Below, piece by piece: positions 1 through 8,595 of a stretch of 64,000 nucleotides of DNA; the first letter of the stretch is position 1, and every line of letters begins with the position of its first letter. The notes below the pieces were generated by a model, which saw only the letters and a program-made list of their open reading frames with translations, did not search any database and was not told the DNA's origin. Source of the stretch: an uncultured delta proteobacterium (lineage in GTDB: Bacteria; Desulfobacterota; Binatia; UBA9968). The translations under genes and the position numbers were made by a program. The DNA lies in assembly GCA_963745035.1 (NCBI GenBank), contig CAVUVW010000025.1, positions 32,001 through 96,000 on the forward strand, in the 5' to 3' direction.

Positions 1-592
1 GCAATCCAAAGAAGTAAATTCGCAGCATCTGCTCGATCAACTGCGGGAACGGCAGGTCGCGCTTGGGCTGATACCAGGTATAAATCCAGTTCATCATGCC
101 GAACAACGCGAACGTCGCGAGGCGCAAATCGATCGCTTTGGCGCCCTCTTTTCTTTGCAGCTCGCCCAGCAAGTCCATGATGACTTTCACGTAACGGCGC
201 TTGAGCACGAGGATCTTGTCTTGATACTCGCCGGTCAACGACTCGTCTTCGTGCGCCATCACTTTCATCTCCGGCATGTTGTGCAAAAAGAAGCCGAGAT
301 GATTTTCCGCGAAGGCGCGAATCCGCGCGCGCACATCGATCTGCGGATCGACCGCTTCCTCCCAGCGCTGGAGCAAGGTCACGAAGCAGCGTTCCTGGAT
401 CAAGTAGAGCAATTCCTCTTTGGTCGTAAAATAGTAATACAAGCCGGAAAGGCTCATCTTGGTCGCGCGCGCGATGTCGCGCACCGAGGTATGATGAAAT
501 CCTTTTTCAGCGAAGATTTTGGCCGAAGTCTTGAGGATCCGCTGAAGTTTTTCGTCGTACTGGCGAGTCGCCGGCTCAATGCGATTGGACAT
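1..592 (-). CDS. TetR/AcrR family transcriptional regulator (3' end runs off the window)
   Basis: Manual minus-strand translation from ATG 592 gives MSNRIEPATRQYDEKLQRILKTSAKIFAEKGFHHTSVRDIARATKMSLSGLYYYFTTKEE, a classic TetR HTH. Near the window edge it reads ...FALFGMMNWIYTWY...; divergent from the paa operon. Confidence 0.9.
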   Translation of the reverse strand, partial: MSNRIEPATRQYDEKLQRILKTSAKIFAEKGFHHTSVRDIARATKMSLSGLYYYFTTKEELLYLIQERCFVTLLQRWEEAVDPQIDVRARIRAFAENHLGFFLHNMPEMKVMAHEDESLTGEYQDKILVLKRRYVKVIMDLLGELQRKEGAKAIDLRLATFALFGMMNWIYTWYQPKRDLPFPQLIEQMLRIYFFGL

Positions 593-733
593 GGGCAGAG
601 TGGATCTTTGCAAATCGGTTTCAGGCTGTCAAACGAGCAAAGCGTGGGATCTTGATCTCTTCTATGCCAACACTCTCTCGCCGCGGAAGACAGCCCACGA
701 ATGATTCCGAAGGTTTCCGCCCGCCAAACTTCC

Positions 734-762
734 TTGAATCACCCCCGACCATGGTGTATCTC
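734..762 (+). promoter_or_regulatory. Candidate sigma70 promoter of the paa-type operon
   Basis: TTGAAT (734-739), 17-bp spacer, TATCTC (757-762), upstream of ATG 781. Confidence 0.35.
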
Positions 763-780
763 TAAAGGCGCGATTCCACC

Positions 781-1554
781 ATGAATTTCGAGAATGTCAT
801 CGTCGAAACAGACGGCGCCATCGGAGTCGTCACCCTCAATCGCCCGCAGGCGCTGAACGCGCTTTCTTACGCGCTGGTGAAAGACCTTTCGCTGGCGATG
901 CAGGAGCTGGACCGGGATAAGGATGTTCGCGTCATCATCGTCACCGGCGGCGAAAAGGTATTTGCCGCCGGCGCCGACATCAAGGAAATGGCCGATCGCG
1001 GGCCGTTCGACGAGCGCATTCACGAGCGGCTCGGCTACCGCGACCAGATCAACAAGATCGCCAAGCCGGTGATCGCGGCGGTGAGCGGTTTCGCGCTCGG
1101 CGGCGGCTGCGAGCTGGCGATGAGCTGCGATATCATTATCGCCTCGGAGACTGCACGCTTCGGGCAGCCCGAGGTCAACCTCGGCATCATTCCGGGCAGC
1201 GGCGGCACGCAAAGGCTGACCCATCTCGTCGGCAAGCATCGCGCCATGGAGTTGGTATTGACCGGCGAGATCATCAACGCCGTCGACGCGGAACGCTTCG
1301 GCTTGATCAATCGCGTGGTGCCGGTCGAGTTGCTGTTGGAAGAGGCGAAAAACATCGCCAAGAAAATCGTCGCGAAGCCCGCGCTGGCGATCAAAGAAGC
1401 CAAGGAAGCCGTGCTCAAGGCCGCCAACACCGCGCTCGACGAAGGTTTGGAATTCGAGCGCAAGGCGTTTTACCTCCTGTTCGCCTCCGAGGACCGCACG
1501 GAAGGCATGAAGGCATTCCTGGAAAAACGCAAACCCGAGTTCAAAGGCAAATAG
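781..1554 (+). CDS. paaF: Enoyl-CoA hydratase (PaaF-like)
   Basis: Crotonase motifs [20 protein letters not shown] and FGQPE with both catalytic Glu; C-terminal [17 protein letters not shown]. Confidence 0.85.
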   Translation: MNFENVIVETDGAIGVVTLNRPQALNALSYALVKDLSLAMQELDRDKDVRVIIVTGGEKVFAAGADIKEMADRGPFDERIHERLGYRDQINKIAKPVIAAVSGFALGGGCELAMSCDIIIASETARFGQPEVNLGIIPGSGGTQRLTHLVGKHRAMELVLTGEIINAVDAERFGLINRVVPVELLLEEAKNIAKKIVAKPALAIKEAKEAVLKAANTALDEGLEFERKAFYLLFASEDRTEGMKAFLEKRKPEFKGK

Positions 1555-1570
1555 CCGGCGAGACGATCCC

Positions 1571-2350
1571 GTGGCCCCGGAAACCATCCTCTACGAAAAG
1601 CAAGGCGGCGTTGCGACCATTACGCTTAACCGCCCGCAGGCATTGAACGCATTCGTGCCGCAGATGAACAAGGAAGTGCTCGACGCGCTGCGCGACGGCG
1701 AGCGCGACAAAGAGGTGCGCTGCTTGATGATCACCGGCGCGGGACGGGCATTTTGCGCCGGGCAAGACTTGAAGGGCCGCACGCCCGAGCAGAAGGGATC
1801 CTTGGGAGCGTCGCTGCGCGAGAAGTACAACCCGATGATCCGCCAGATCCGCCAGATGGAAAAAATCGTCATCGCGGCGGTAAACGGCGTGGCGGCCGGC
1901 GCCGGCTGCAATCTAGCTCTCGCTTGCGATCTGCGCGTGGCTTCCGAAGAAGCAAAATTCATCCAGTCTTTTGTCCGCGTCGGCTTGGCGCCGGATTCGG
2001 GCGGCAGCTTCATCCTGCCCCGTCTCGTCGGCGTGAGCAAAGCGATGGAGCTGCTCCTGCTCGGCGATACCGTGGACGCCAAGGAGGCGCAGCGCATCGG
2101 ACTGGTCGCGCGGGTTTTCCCAGCAGCGGAGTTTGCCGCCTCCGCGCGAACCATCGCCGAGCAAGTCGCCCGCGCTCCGCGCGGCATCGGCCTCATCAAG
2201 CGCGCCGTCAATCACGCCAACTTGCCGTCTCTGGAGAACGATCTCGAATACGAAGCGCACTTGCAGGAAATCGCCGGCCGGAGCGCGGATTACGATGAAG
2301 GCGTAAAGGCGTTTTTGGAAAAACGAAACCCGGTGTTTACCGGTAAATAG
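1571..2350 (+). CDS. paaG: Crotonase-family isomerase, PaaG-like
   Basis: FCAGQDL, YNPMI, VAAGAGCNLALACD and VGLAPDSGG with the PaaG-type catalytic Asp; GTG start. Confidence 0.85.
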   Translation: MAPETILYEKQGGVATITLNRPQALNAFVPQMNKEVLDALRDGERDKEVRCLMITGAGRAFCAGQDLKGRTPEQKGSLGASLREKYNPMIRQIRQMEKIVIAAVNGVAAGAGCNLALACDLRVASEEAKFIQSFVRVGLAPDSGGSFILPRLVGVSKAMELLLLGDTVDAKEAQRIGLVARVFPAAEFAASARTIAEQVARAPRGIGLIKRAVNHANLPSLENDLEYEAHLQEIAGRSADYDEGVKAFLEKRNPVFTGK

Positions 2351-2356
2351 TCTCCT

Positions 2357-2415
2357 GTCCAGAGCCCAGGGTCTCGTGTCTTTCACTCGAGACGCGAGAC
2401 GCTCAACCCGAGACC
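2357..2415. repeat. 7-nt-periodic inverted-repeat intergenic element A
   Basis: Left arm gtccaga/gcccagg/gtctcgt/gtc; right arm actcgag/acgcgag/acgctca/acccgag/acc. GTCTCGTGTC pairs with GACGCGAGAC with one mismatch. Confidence 0.6.
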
Positions 2416-2425
2416 GGAAATTATA

Positions 2426-3292
2426 ATGACTGACAAGACCGAAAAAATCGCCGTACTTGGCGCCGGCACCATGGGCGCGGGCATCGCCCAGGTCGCCGCG
2501 CAAGCCGGTTTTCAAACCTTCGTCTACGACGTCCAGCAGGAGTTTATCGACGCCGGCTTGAATCGCGTGAAGAATTTTCTCAAAGGCAGCCGTGAGCGCG
2601 GCAAGCTCAGCGCCGAGCAGGAAAACGAAATCCTCGACCGCTTCACCGCCTCGACCAAGCTGGAGGATTGCAAGGGCTCAACGCTGGTCATCGAAGCAGC
2701 GCCGGAGAAACTCGAGTTGAAGCGTGATATTTTCAAGCGACTCGACTCGATCTGCGCGCCGGAAACCCTGCTGGCGAGCAATACCTCGTCGTTCAGTGTC
2801 ACGGCGATTGCCGCGAGCACGCACCATCAAGAGCGCGTGTTGGGCCTGCACTTTTTCAATCCGCCGCCGCTGATGGCGCTGGTCGAAGTGATTCAAGGCG
2901 ACCGCACCAGCGACGCGACCGTGGAAAAAGCGACCGAGCTGATGCGCGCTTTGGGCAAGACTCCGGCGCGTGCCAAGGATACACCGGGCTTCATCGTCAA
3001 TCGCGTCGCCCGACCGTTTTACAACGAGGGCCTGCGCATTCTCGGCGACGGCGGCGCTTCGGTGGAAACCATCGACCGCATCATGAGAGAAGCCGGCAAC
3101 TTCCGCATGGGCCCCTTCGAGCTCATGGACTTGATCGGCAACGACATCAATTTTGCCGCCACCGAATCGCTCTACCGCTCGTTCTTCGAAGATCCGCGCT
3201 TTCGCCCGAGCCCGATCCAGCAGCGTATGGTGATGGGCGGCAACCTGGGGCGCAAGAGCGGCCGCGGTTTTTACAGCTATGACAAAAAGTAG
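2426..3292 (+). CDS. paaH: 3-hydroxyacyl-CoA dehydrogenase (PaaH N-terminal unit)
   Basis: GAGTMG Rossmann motif, IEAAPE, SNTSS, catalytic HFFNP..LVE, PGFIVNR, MGPFELMDLIG, LGRKSGRGFY. Confidence 0.88.
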   Translation: MTDKTEKIAVLGAGTMGAGIAQVAAQAGFQTFVYDVQQEFIDAGLNRVKNFLKGSRERGKLSAEQENEILDRFTASTKLEDCKGSTLVIEAAPEKLELKRDIFKRLDSICAPETLLASNTSSFSVTAIAASTHHQERVLGLHFFNPPPLMALVEVIQGDRTSDATVEKATELMRALGKTPARAKDTPGFIVNRVARPFYNEGLRILGDGGASVETIDRIMREAGNFRMGPFELMDLIGNDINFAATESLYRSFFEDPRFRPSPIQQRMVMGGNLGRKSGRGFYSYDKK

Positions 3293-4025
3293 TCTCGCCG
3301 TCGTCGGCGACAATCGGCTCGCCGAAGAGCTGCTCGCCCTCGCGAAAGAAAAGGGCGTGGAGGCGAATCGGGTCAGCGACGCCGCCGCGCTCGCCCCGGC
3401 AGTAAGTATCGTGATCGACACGGAGAGCGGCGCGGAAGATCGCAAGCGCGCTTTGCTGCAGCGCCTCGACGCCGCTCTGCCCGCTTCCGCGCTGCTCGTC
3501 ACTTCGTGCTTGAGGTTCGGCACGACCCGCATGGCTTCATGGCTAAAAAATCCCGAGCGCCTCGTCGGCTTCGCCACATTCTTTCCGCTGAAGGACCGGC
3601 AGTTGATCGAATTGGCCGGCGGCTTGCGCACGAGCGAGATTTTTCTCAAGCAGGCCGGAGAGCTATTCCAAGCGCTCGGCAAGGAGAGCGTCTTCGTCAA
3701 AGATACCGCCGGGCTTACTTTTCCGCGTATTTTGAGCTTAATTATCAACGAGGCCGCGCGCAGCCTGGAAGAAGGCGTGGCGAGCGCCGCGGAGATCGAC
3801 GTGGCCATGCGGCTCGGCGTCAATTATCCGCAAGGACCGTTGCGCTGGGCCGATCGGATCGGTCTCGATGAGGTGCTCGCCGTGCTCGAAGGCTTGGAGC
3901 GCGAGACCGGCGACGACCGCTACCGGCCGGCGCCGCTGCTGAAGAGACTCGTGATCGCGGGGTTCCTCGGCGAAGCCAGCGGCAAGGGATTTTATTCGTA
4001 TCACGAAGGACAGGTGAAGCCATGA
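3279..4025 (+). CDS. 3-hydroxyacyl-CoA dehydrogenase-like second unit with degenerate NAD site (PaaH C-terminal half)
   Basis: Retains RILSLIINEA, IDVAMRLGVNYPQGPLRWAD and DRYRPAPLL, but lacks GxGxxG and the catalytic His (ATFFP instead of HFFNP). Confidence 0.8.
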   Translation: MTKSSLAVVGDNRLAEELLALAKEKGVEANRVSDAAALAPAVSIVIDTESGAEDRKRALLQRLDAALPASALLVTSCLRFGTTRMASWLKNPERLVGFATFFPLKDRQLIELAGGLRTSEIFLKQAGELFQALGKESVFVKDTAGLTFPRILSLIINEAARSLEEGVASAAEIDVAMRLGVNYPQGPLRWADRIGLDEVLAVLEGLERETGDDRYRPAPLLKRLVIAGFLGEASGKGFYSYHEGQVKP

Positions 4026-5224
4026 GAGAAGCCGTCATCGTCGAGGCCGTGCGCACACCCATGGGGCGCCACGGCGGCATCCTGAAAGATATTCGCACCG
4101 ACGACTTGGGCGCTTACATTATCGCCAAGCTGGTGGAGAAGACCGGTGTCGACAAGGACGCGATCGAAGACGTCTATTTCGGCTGCACCAATCAGGCCGG
4201 CGAAGACTCGCGCAACGTCGCGCGCAACGCCTCGCTGCTCGCCGGTCTGCCGTACACGATTCCCGGCGCGACGGTGAACCGCCTGTGCGGCTCGGGCCTC
4301 GAAGCGATCAATCAGGCCGGCCGCGCCGTCGAGACCGACTGCGGCGATCTCTTCGTCGCGGGCGGCGTGGAAAGCATGACGCGCGGGCCGTGGGTGATGG
4401 GCAAACCGGCCAATTCTTTTCAACGCGGTGACGTGCAGATGTACGACAGCTCGCTCGGCTGGCGCTTTCCGAACCAGCGCATGGGCGAGTTGTATTCGCT
4501 GATCAACAACGGCGAGACCGCAGAGAACGTCGCAGAAAAGTATCACGTCAGTCGCGAAGACCAGGACAAGCTCGCGCTCGCGAGCCACCAAAAAGCCGTG
4601 CAGGCGCAAAAAGACGGCCGGCTCAGAGATGAAATCATCCCGGTGGAAATTCCTCAGCGCAAAGGCGCGCCGCTCGTCCATGACAAAGACGAAGGACCGC
4701 GCTCGGACACCACTTTCGAAATCCTCGCCGGCCTGCAGCCTTCATTTAAAAAGGGCGGCACAGTGACCGCCGGCAACTCTTCGCCGCTGTCGGACGGCGC
4801 CGCCGCCTTGCTGGTCACCACGCCGCAGAAAGCCGAACAGTTGAAGCTCAAACCGCTGGCGCGCATCGTCGCTTCCGCCACCGCCGGGGTTCACCCGAAT
4901 TACATGGGCATCGGACCGATCCCGGCGACCGAAAAAGCGCTCAAGCGCGCCGGTCTCACGATCGAACAGATCGATCTGGTCGAGCTCAACGAGGCGTTCG
5001 CCTCACAGGTGCTCGCCTGCGCGCGCGAGCTCGGCATCGATTTGAACAAGCTCAACGTCAACGGCGGCGCCATCGCCCTGGGGCATCCCCTCGGCTGCAG
5101 CGGCGCGCGGCTCATGGCGACCTTGGTCCACGAAATGAAACGGCGCGGCAGCCGCTACGGCCTGGCGACCATGTGCATCGGCGTCGGCCAGGGCATCGCA
5201 ACCATCGTCGAGCGCATACACTGA
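4022..5224 (+). CDS. paaJ: Thiolase, PaaJ/PcaF family (3-oxoadipyl-CoA thiolase-like)
   Basis: NQAGEDSRNVAR, NRLCGSG (catalytic Cys), NEAFA, GHPLGCSG, CIGVGQG. Confidence 0.85.
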   Translation: MREAVIVEAVRTPMGRHGGILKDIRTDDLGAYIIAKLVEKTGVDKDAIEDVYFGCTNQAGEDSRNVARNASLLAGLPYTIPGATVNRLCGSGLEAINQAGRAVETDCGDLFVAGGVESMTRGPWVMGKPANSFQRGDVQMYDSSLGWRFPNQRMGELYSLINNGETAENVAEKYHVSREDQDKLALASHQKAVQAQKDGRLRDEIIPVEIPQRKGAPLVHDKDEGPRSDTTFEILAGLQPSFKKGGTVTAGNSSPLSDGAAALLVTTPQKAEQLKLKPLARIVASATAGVHPNYMGIGPIPATEKALKRAGLTIEQIDLVELNEAFASQVLACARELGIDLNKLNVNGGAIALGHPLGCSGARLMATLVHEMKRRGSRYGLATMCIGVGQGIATIVERIH

Positions 5225-5357
5225 GAACCGCAATCCGGAAACGGCGCCCGCGGCCCGCGGGGCCAACTGCCTTCGGCGCCGGTTGCAAGCCGGATTGCGC
5301 GCTGGCCGCCGCGCCGTCCCTTCATCGTACGGCTTCCGGGCCGCCGTTGCCGGCGTG

Positions 5358-8021
5358 ATGAAAAGCCTGCGCAAACCGTTGCTGCTGCTCGTCGCCGTCG
5401 TGGTGCTGGTCGCCGCCGGCCTGGTCGAGTCATTCAATCTCCTCGCCGCCAGACACCGCGACCAGGTCAACCAGGAACTGCAAAAGGTCCTCGGCCAGGA
5501 CGTGAGCTTCGAGAGCCTGGAGGTCAATCTCTGGGGTAGACCGGGTTTCGTCGCCACCGAGTTTCGCATCGCCGACGACAGCCGATTCGCGGCCACCCCG
5601 GTGGTGCGCGCGCGCGAGCTGGTTCTCGGCGTGAGTTTATGGAATCTATTGCTGGGTCGGCTGGTGATCACCTCGCTGACGTTTGACCGGCCCGAGTTTC
5701 AAATCATCACCGACGAAACCGGCCGGATGAATCTCAGCGCTTTGATTCAGCGCAAGGCGGAGTTGCGAAAATTTCCCAGTTTGCGGCCGGCGGCGCCCGA
5801 CCGCACGCCGATCCCGGTAAGTTTTTTCATCGACGAAGTCGCCGTCAAGCAGGGGCGCATCGATTACATCGACCGCTCAGTCCGGCAGCCTGCGGAGCTG
5901 CGCGTGAGAAACGTTTCCATGCGGCTCAGCGGTTTCCAGCCGGATCAAGCGACCCGCATCGAGCTCGGCGCGTCGTTGACCGAGGGCCTCGGTCAAGACG
6001 TGCGCATCGGCGGCGAGCTCGCGCCGTCGCCGGAGAACCGCTCATGGATGCAGCGGGGCGTCGATCTAAACGTGCAGATCGATTCGCTCCACGTGCCGGT
6101 GGTCGCGCGTGCGATCGCCGCCCTGCGCGACAAAATCCCCGGCGAGCTCGACGTGACCGGTCCCATGGCGCTGCGGATGCAGGCGCGCGGCACGTTGGAG
6201 CGCCCGCGCCTGGAAGAGGTCACGCTCAGGATCCCGCTCTTTGGCTCGACCGAATACAACGCGGTCATTACCGGCGCGGTGAAATTCACTGAGCGGCGCT
6301 CCTGGGAAGAGGCCGGCCTCGACGGCAAGCTGACCATTGACCCGCTGTCGCTCGGCCGGGTGCGCAGTCTTGCTATTTTCGAAACGATTCTGCCCGCCGA
6401 TCTGATCAGCGAAGGCGGCGTCAGAATCGCCAGCCGCTTTGAAGGAACCTGGGAGAATCTCCGCATCGGCGCTTTGGTAGTCGCCGACAAGGCCGAGCTT
6501 CGTTACAAAAGCTGGCTGCACAAGCGCGCCGAAGCGCCTGCGGCGGTTCGCGCCCGCATCTCGAAAACCAAACAGGGTCTGATTTTTCATCCGTCGGAGC
6601 TGGACATCGGCGCGCAGAGGTTGAATTTTTCCGGCGGCGTCACGAACGGGCTCGCGCCGCGCCTCCAGATAAAGTTTCACGGCCGGAACGGTTCGGTGCC
6701 GGGCTGGGATCGATTTTTGAGCGCGCCGGGGCTGCAAGCGACGGCGGGAAAAGTCGATCTCGACGTGACGGCTACCAAAAGTTTGAGCGCCGCCGATTCC
6801 GGTTGGGACCTGCGCGGGACGGTCAAGCTCGACAACGCCGCGCTTAAGCATCACGCCAGCGGCCGCAGCTTTGACAATCTTCAGGCGCGGATCGCGCTTG
6901 AAGGCACGAAGGCGCGGGTACAAAACGGCCGCCTGCGCTTGGGGAAATCGACCCTCTTCCTCGACGGCACTGTCGCCGAGCTGATTGAGCCGCGGCTCGA
7001 AGCTACGTTTCGCGCCCATGATTTGAATCTCGCCGATTTGCCGGGATTCAACGAACATCCGTCGGTGCGGCTGAAAAACGCGAGCGCTCAGACGGAAATT
7101 ATTTCCGAGGACAATCACTGGCTGCTGATCGGTTCATTGACCGCGGCCGAGGGGAATCTGAACAATTGGCCGCTGCGCGACGTGCGCGCCGATATCGAGC
7201 TGGAGCCCGAGGGCCTGACGTTCAGGAACTTTCAGGCGCGGGCGTTCAATGGCGTTTTGCGCGCCGACGGTTTTTGGCCCGCGGCCGGCGGCCAGGCAGG
7301 CCAGCTTGCGGTCTCTTCGCGGATTGATGCGCTCGACATGCGCGCTCTGCTCGTCCACTGGCTTCCGCCGCTGCGCGACCGGTTCGCGGGCCGGCTCGAC
7401 GGCCAGGCGCGCTTCGAAGTCGCGGGCGCCGACGGAGCCGGCGTGAAAGAGGCGCTCATCGGTTCCGGCGAGGCGCACATCCGGAACGGGACGCTCCGAG
7501 ACTTCAACCTGGCCAACCAACTCCTTCTCAAAGGCAGCGAGAGCTCGGCGTCCGCCGACTCGATGGCACGCATACCGGCCGGATTCGCGGCTCTGTTCGA
7601 TCACCGCGACACGGTGCTCGAATCGATCAAGGCGGATTTCAAAATCGAACAAAAGCGGGTTCTCAGCGACAACCTGGTCATCACCACGCCCGACTACACG
7701 ATTACGGGAGCCGGCTGGGTGGGCTTTGATCGCTCGACCCGATGGAACGGTCTGCTCGTCTTGTCGCCGCGCCTGACGCAGGAAGTTCAGCGCGACTACC
7801 GCGGCATTCGCTACCTGCTTGACCGCCGGGGATCGCTGTCGATCGCGTTTCGCGTCGAGGGCCGGATTCCCGACCTCTCCATCCGTCTGGAGAACCGCGC
7901 CCTCGCCCAGACGCTGCGTTCCGGCGCCGGCCCAAAGGACGCCGATGGTCAGGACGGTGAAACCAGCAGAGAAGGGAAAAACTGGCTCCCCGACGCCCTC
8001 GAACGCTTTCTCAATCGTTAG
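5358..8021 (+). CDS. AsmA-family (AsmA/TamB-like) envelope protein
   Basis: N-terminal signal anchor MKSLRKPLLLLVAVVVLVAAGL, long beta-strand-rich body and AsmA-like C-terminus; ATG 5358 preferred over TTG 5283. Confidence 0.75.
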   Translation: MKSLRKPLLLLVAVVVLVAAGLVESFNLLAARHRDQVNQELQKVLGQDVSFESLEVNLWGRPGFVATEFRIADDSRFAATPVVRARELVLGVSLWNLLLGRLVITSLTFDRPEFQIITDETGRMNLSALIQRKAELRKFPSLRPAAPDRTPIPVSFFIDEVAVKQGRIDYIDRSVRQPAELRVRNVSMRLSGFQPDQATRIELGASLTEGLGQDVRIGGELAPSPENRSWMQRGVDLNVQIDSLHVPVVARAIAALRDKIPGELDVTGPMALRMQARGTLERPRLEEVTLRIPLFGSTEYNAVITGAVKFTERRSWEEAGLDGKLTIDPLSLGRVRSLAIFETILPADLISEGGVRIASRFEGTWENLRIGALVVADKAELRYKSWLHKRAEAPAAVRARISKTKQGLIFHPSELDIGAQRLNFSGGVTNGLAPRLQIKFHGRNGSVPGWDRFLSAPGLQATAGKVDLDVTATKSLSAADSGWDLRGTVKLDNAALKHHASGRSFDNLQARIALEGTKARVQNGRLRLGKSTLFLDGTVAELIEPRLEATFRAHDLNLADLPGFNEHPSVRLKNASAQTEIISEDNHWLLIGSLTAAEGNLNNWPLRDVRADIELEPEGLTFRNFQARAFNGVLRADGFWPAAGGQAGQLAVSSRIDALDMRALLVHWLPPLRDRFAGRLDGQARFEVAGADGAGVKEALIGSGEAHIRNGTLRDFNLANQLLLKGSESSASADSMARIPAGFAALFDHRDTVLESIKADFKIEQKRVLSDNLVITTPDYTITGAGWVGFDRSTRWNGLLVLSPRLTQEVQRDYRGIRYLLDRRGSLSIAFRVEGRIPDLSIRLENRALAQTLRSGAGPKDADGQDGETSREGKNWLPDALERFLNR

Positions 8022-8032
8022 GAGAATCTCAC

Positions 8033-8311
8033 TTGGATTTGCACGACATCTATCTTGAGTTGTCCCCCGCACACATCGCTTACGTAAAGTTCATCTTCGA
8101 GTCCTACGAGGAAGTGGGCATCATCCGCACGATCGACAATCGCAAGGCCATCGTCGTACTGCTGGCGATGGCCGACTTTGTCGAGACCGCGCGTGCCATT
8201 CTCGACTCCATTCGGGACGACATCCCGTTGCGCGAAATCCCCCGACCTGCCGCCATGAAAGACGATTGGTTTATGGCCGAGCTGATCGCGGAGTCGGCGC
8301 TGACGCACTAG
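8033..8311 (+). CDS. DUF4911-like small protein
   Basis: IAYVKFIFESYEEVGIIRTID pattern; AGGAG RBS upstream of the TTG start. Confidence 0.7.
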   Translation: MDLHDIYLELSPAHIAYVKFIFESYEEVGIIRTIDNRKAIVVLLAMADFVETARAILDSIRDDIPLREIPRPAAMKDDWFMAELIAESALTH

Positions 8312-8558
8312 TCTTTCCCGCCCTTCAGCGCCGGCAAAAAGCAACCATCCCATCGGATTCTACAGCCGCACTTGGCTCAGCGGCGCGGGCGCGTCTGGAG
8401 TCGTGAAGACACTCAAGTGTGCGGCCACAAAGTTTTGTCACGCTTTTACAAGCTCGCTCCGGCGGCGCTCCGAGGCAGAAAAGCATTGTCTTCACGTCGG
8501 AAGGATTGCCCCTCGCGGTTTTGCTCCGGCTTGCGCGAAGGGAAGTTCGGCGGGTCGA

Positions 8559-8586
8559 TTGCAAAGCCACCCGTTCCGGCTATGCT
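8559..8586 (+). promoter_or_regulatory. Candidate sigma70 promoter of rnr
   Basis: TTGCAA (8559-8564), 16-bp spacer, TATGCT (8581-8586), 9 nt before ATG 8596. Confidence 0.35.
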
Positions 8587-8595
8587 CGATGAATC

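Noticed and set aside
155-655. 166-aa plus-strand ORF in the track
   Set aside because: Antisense shadow of the TetR gene, which the track missed because its stop lies outside the window.
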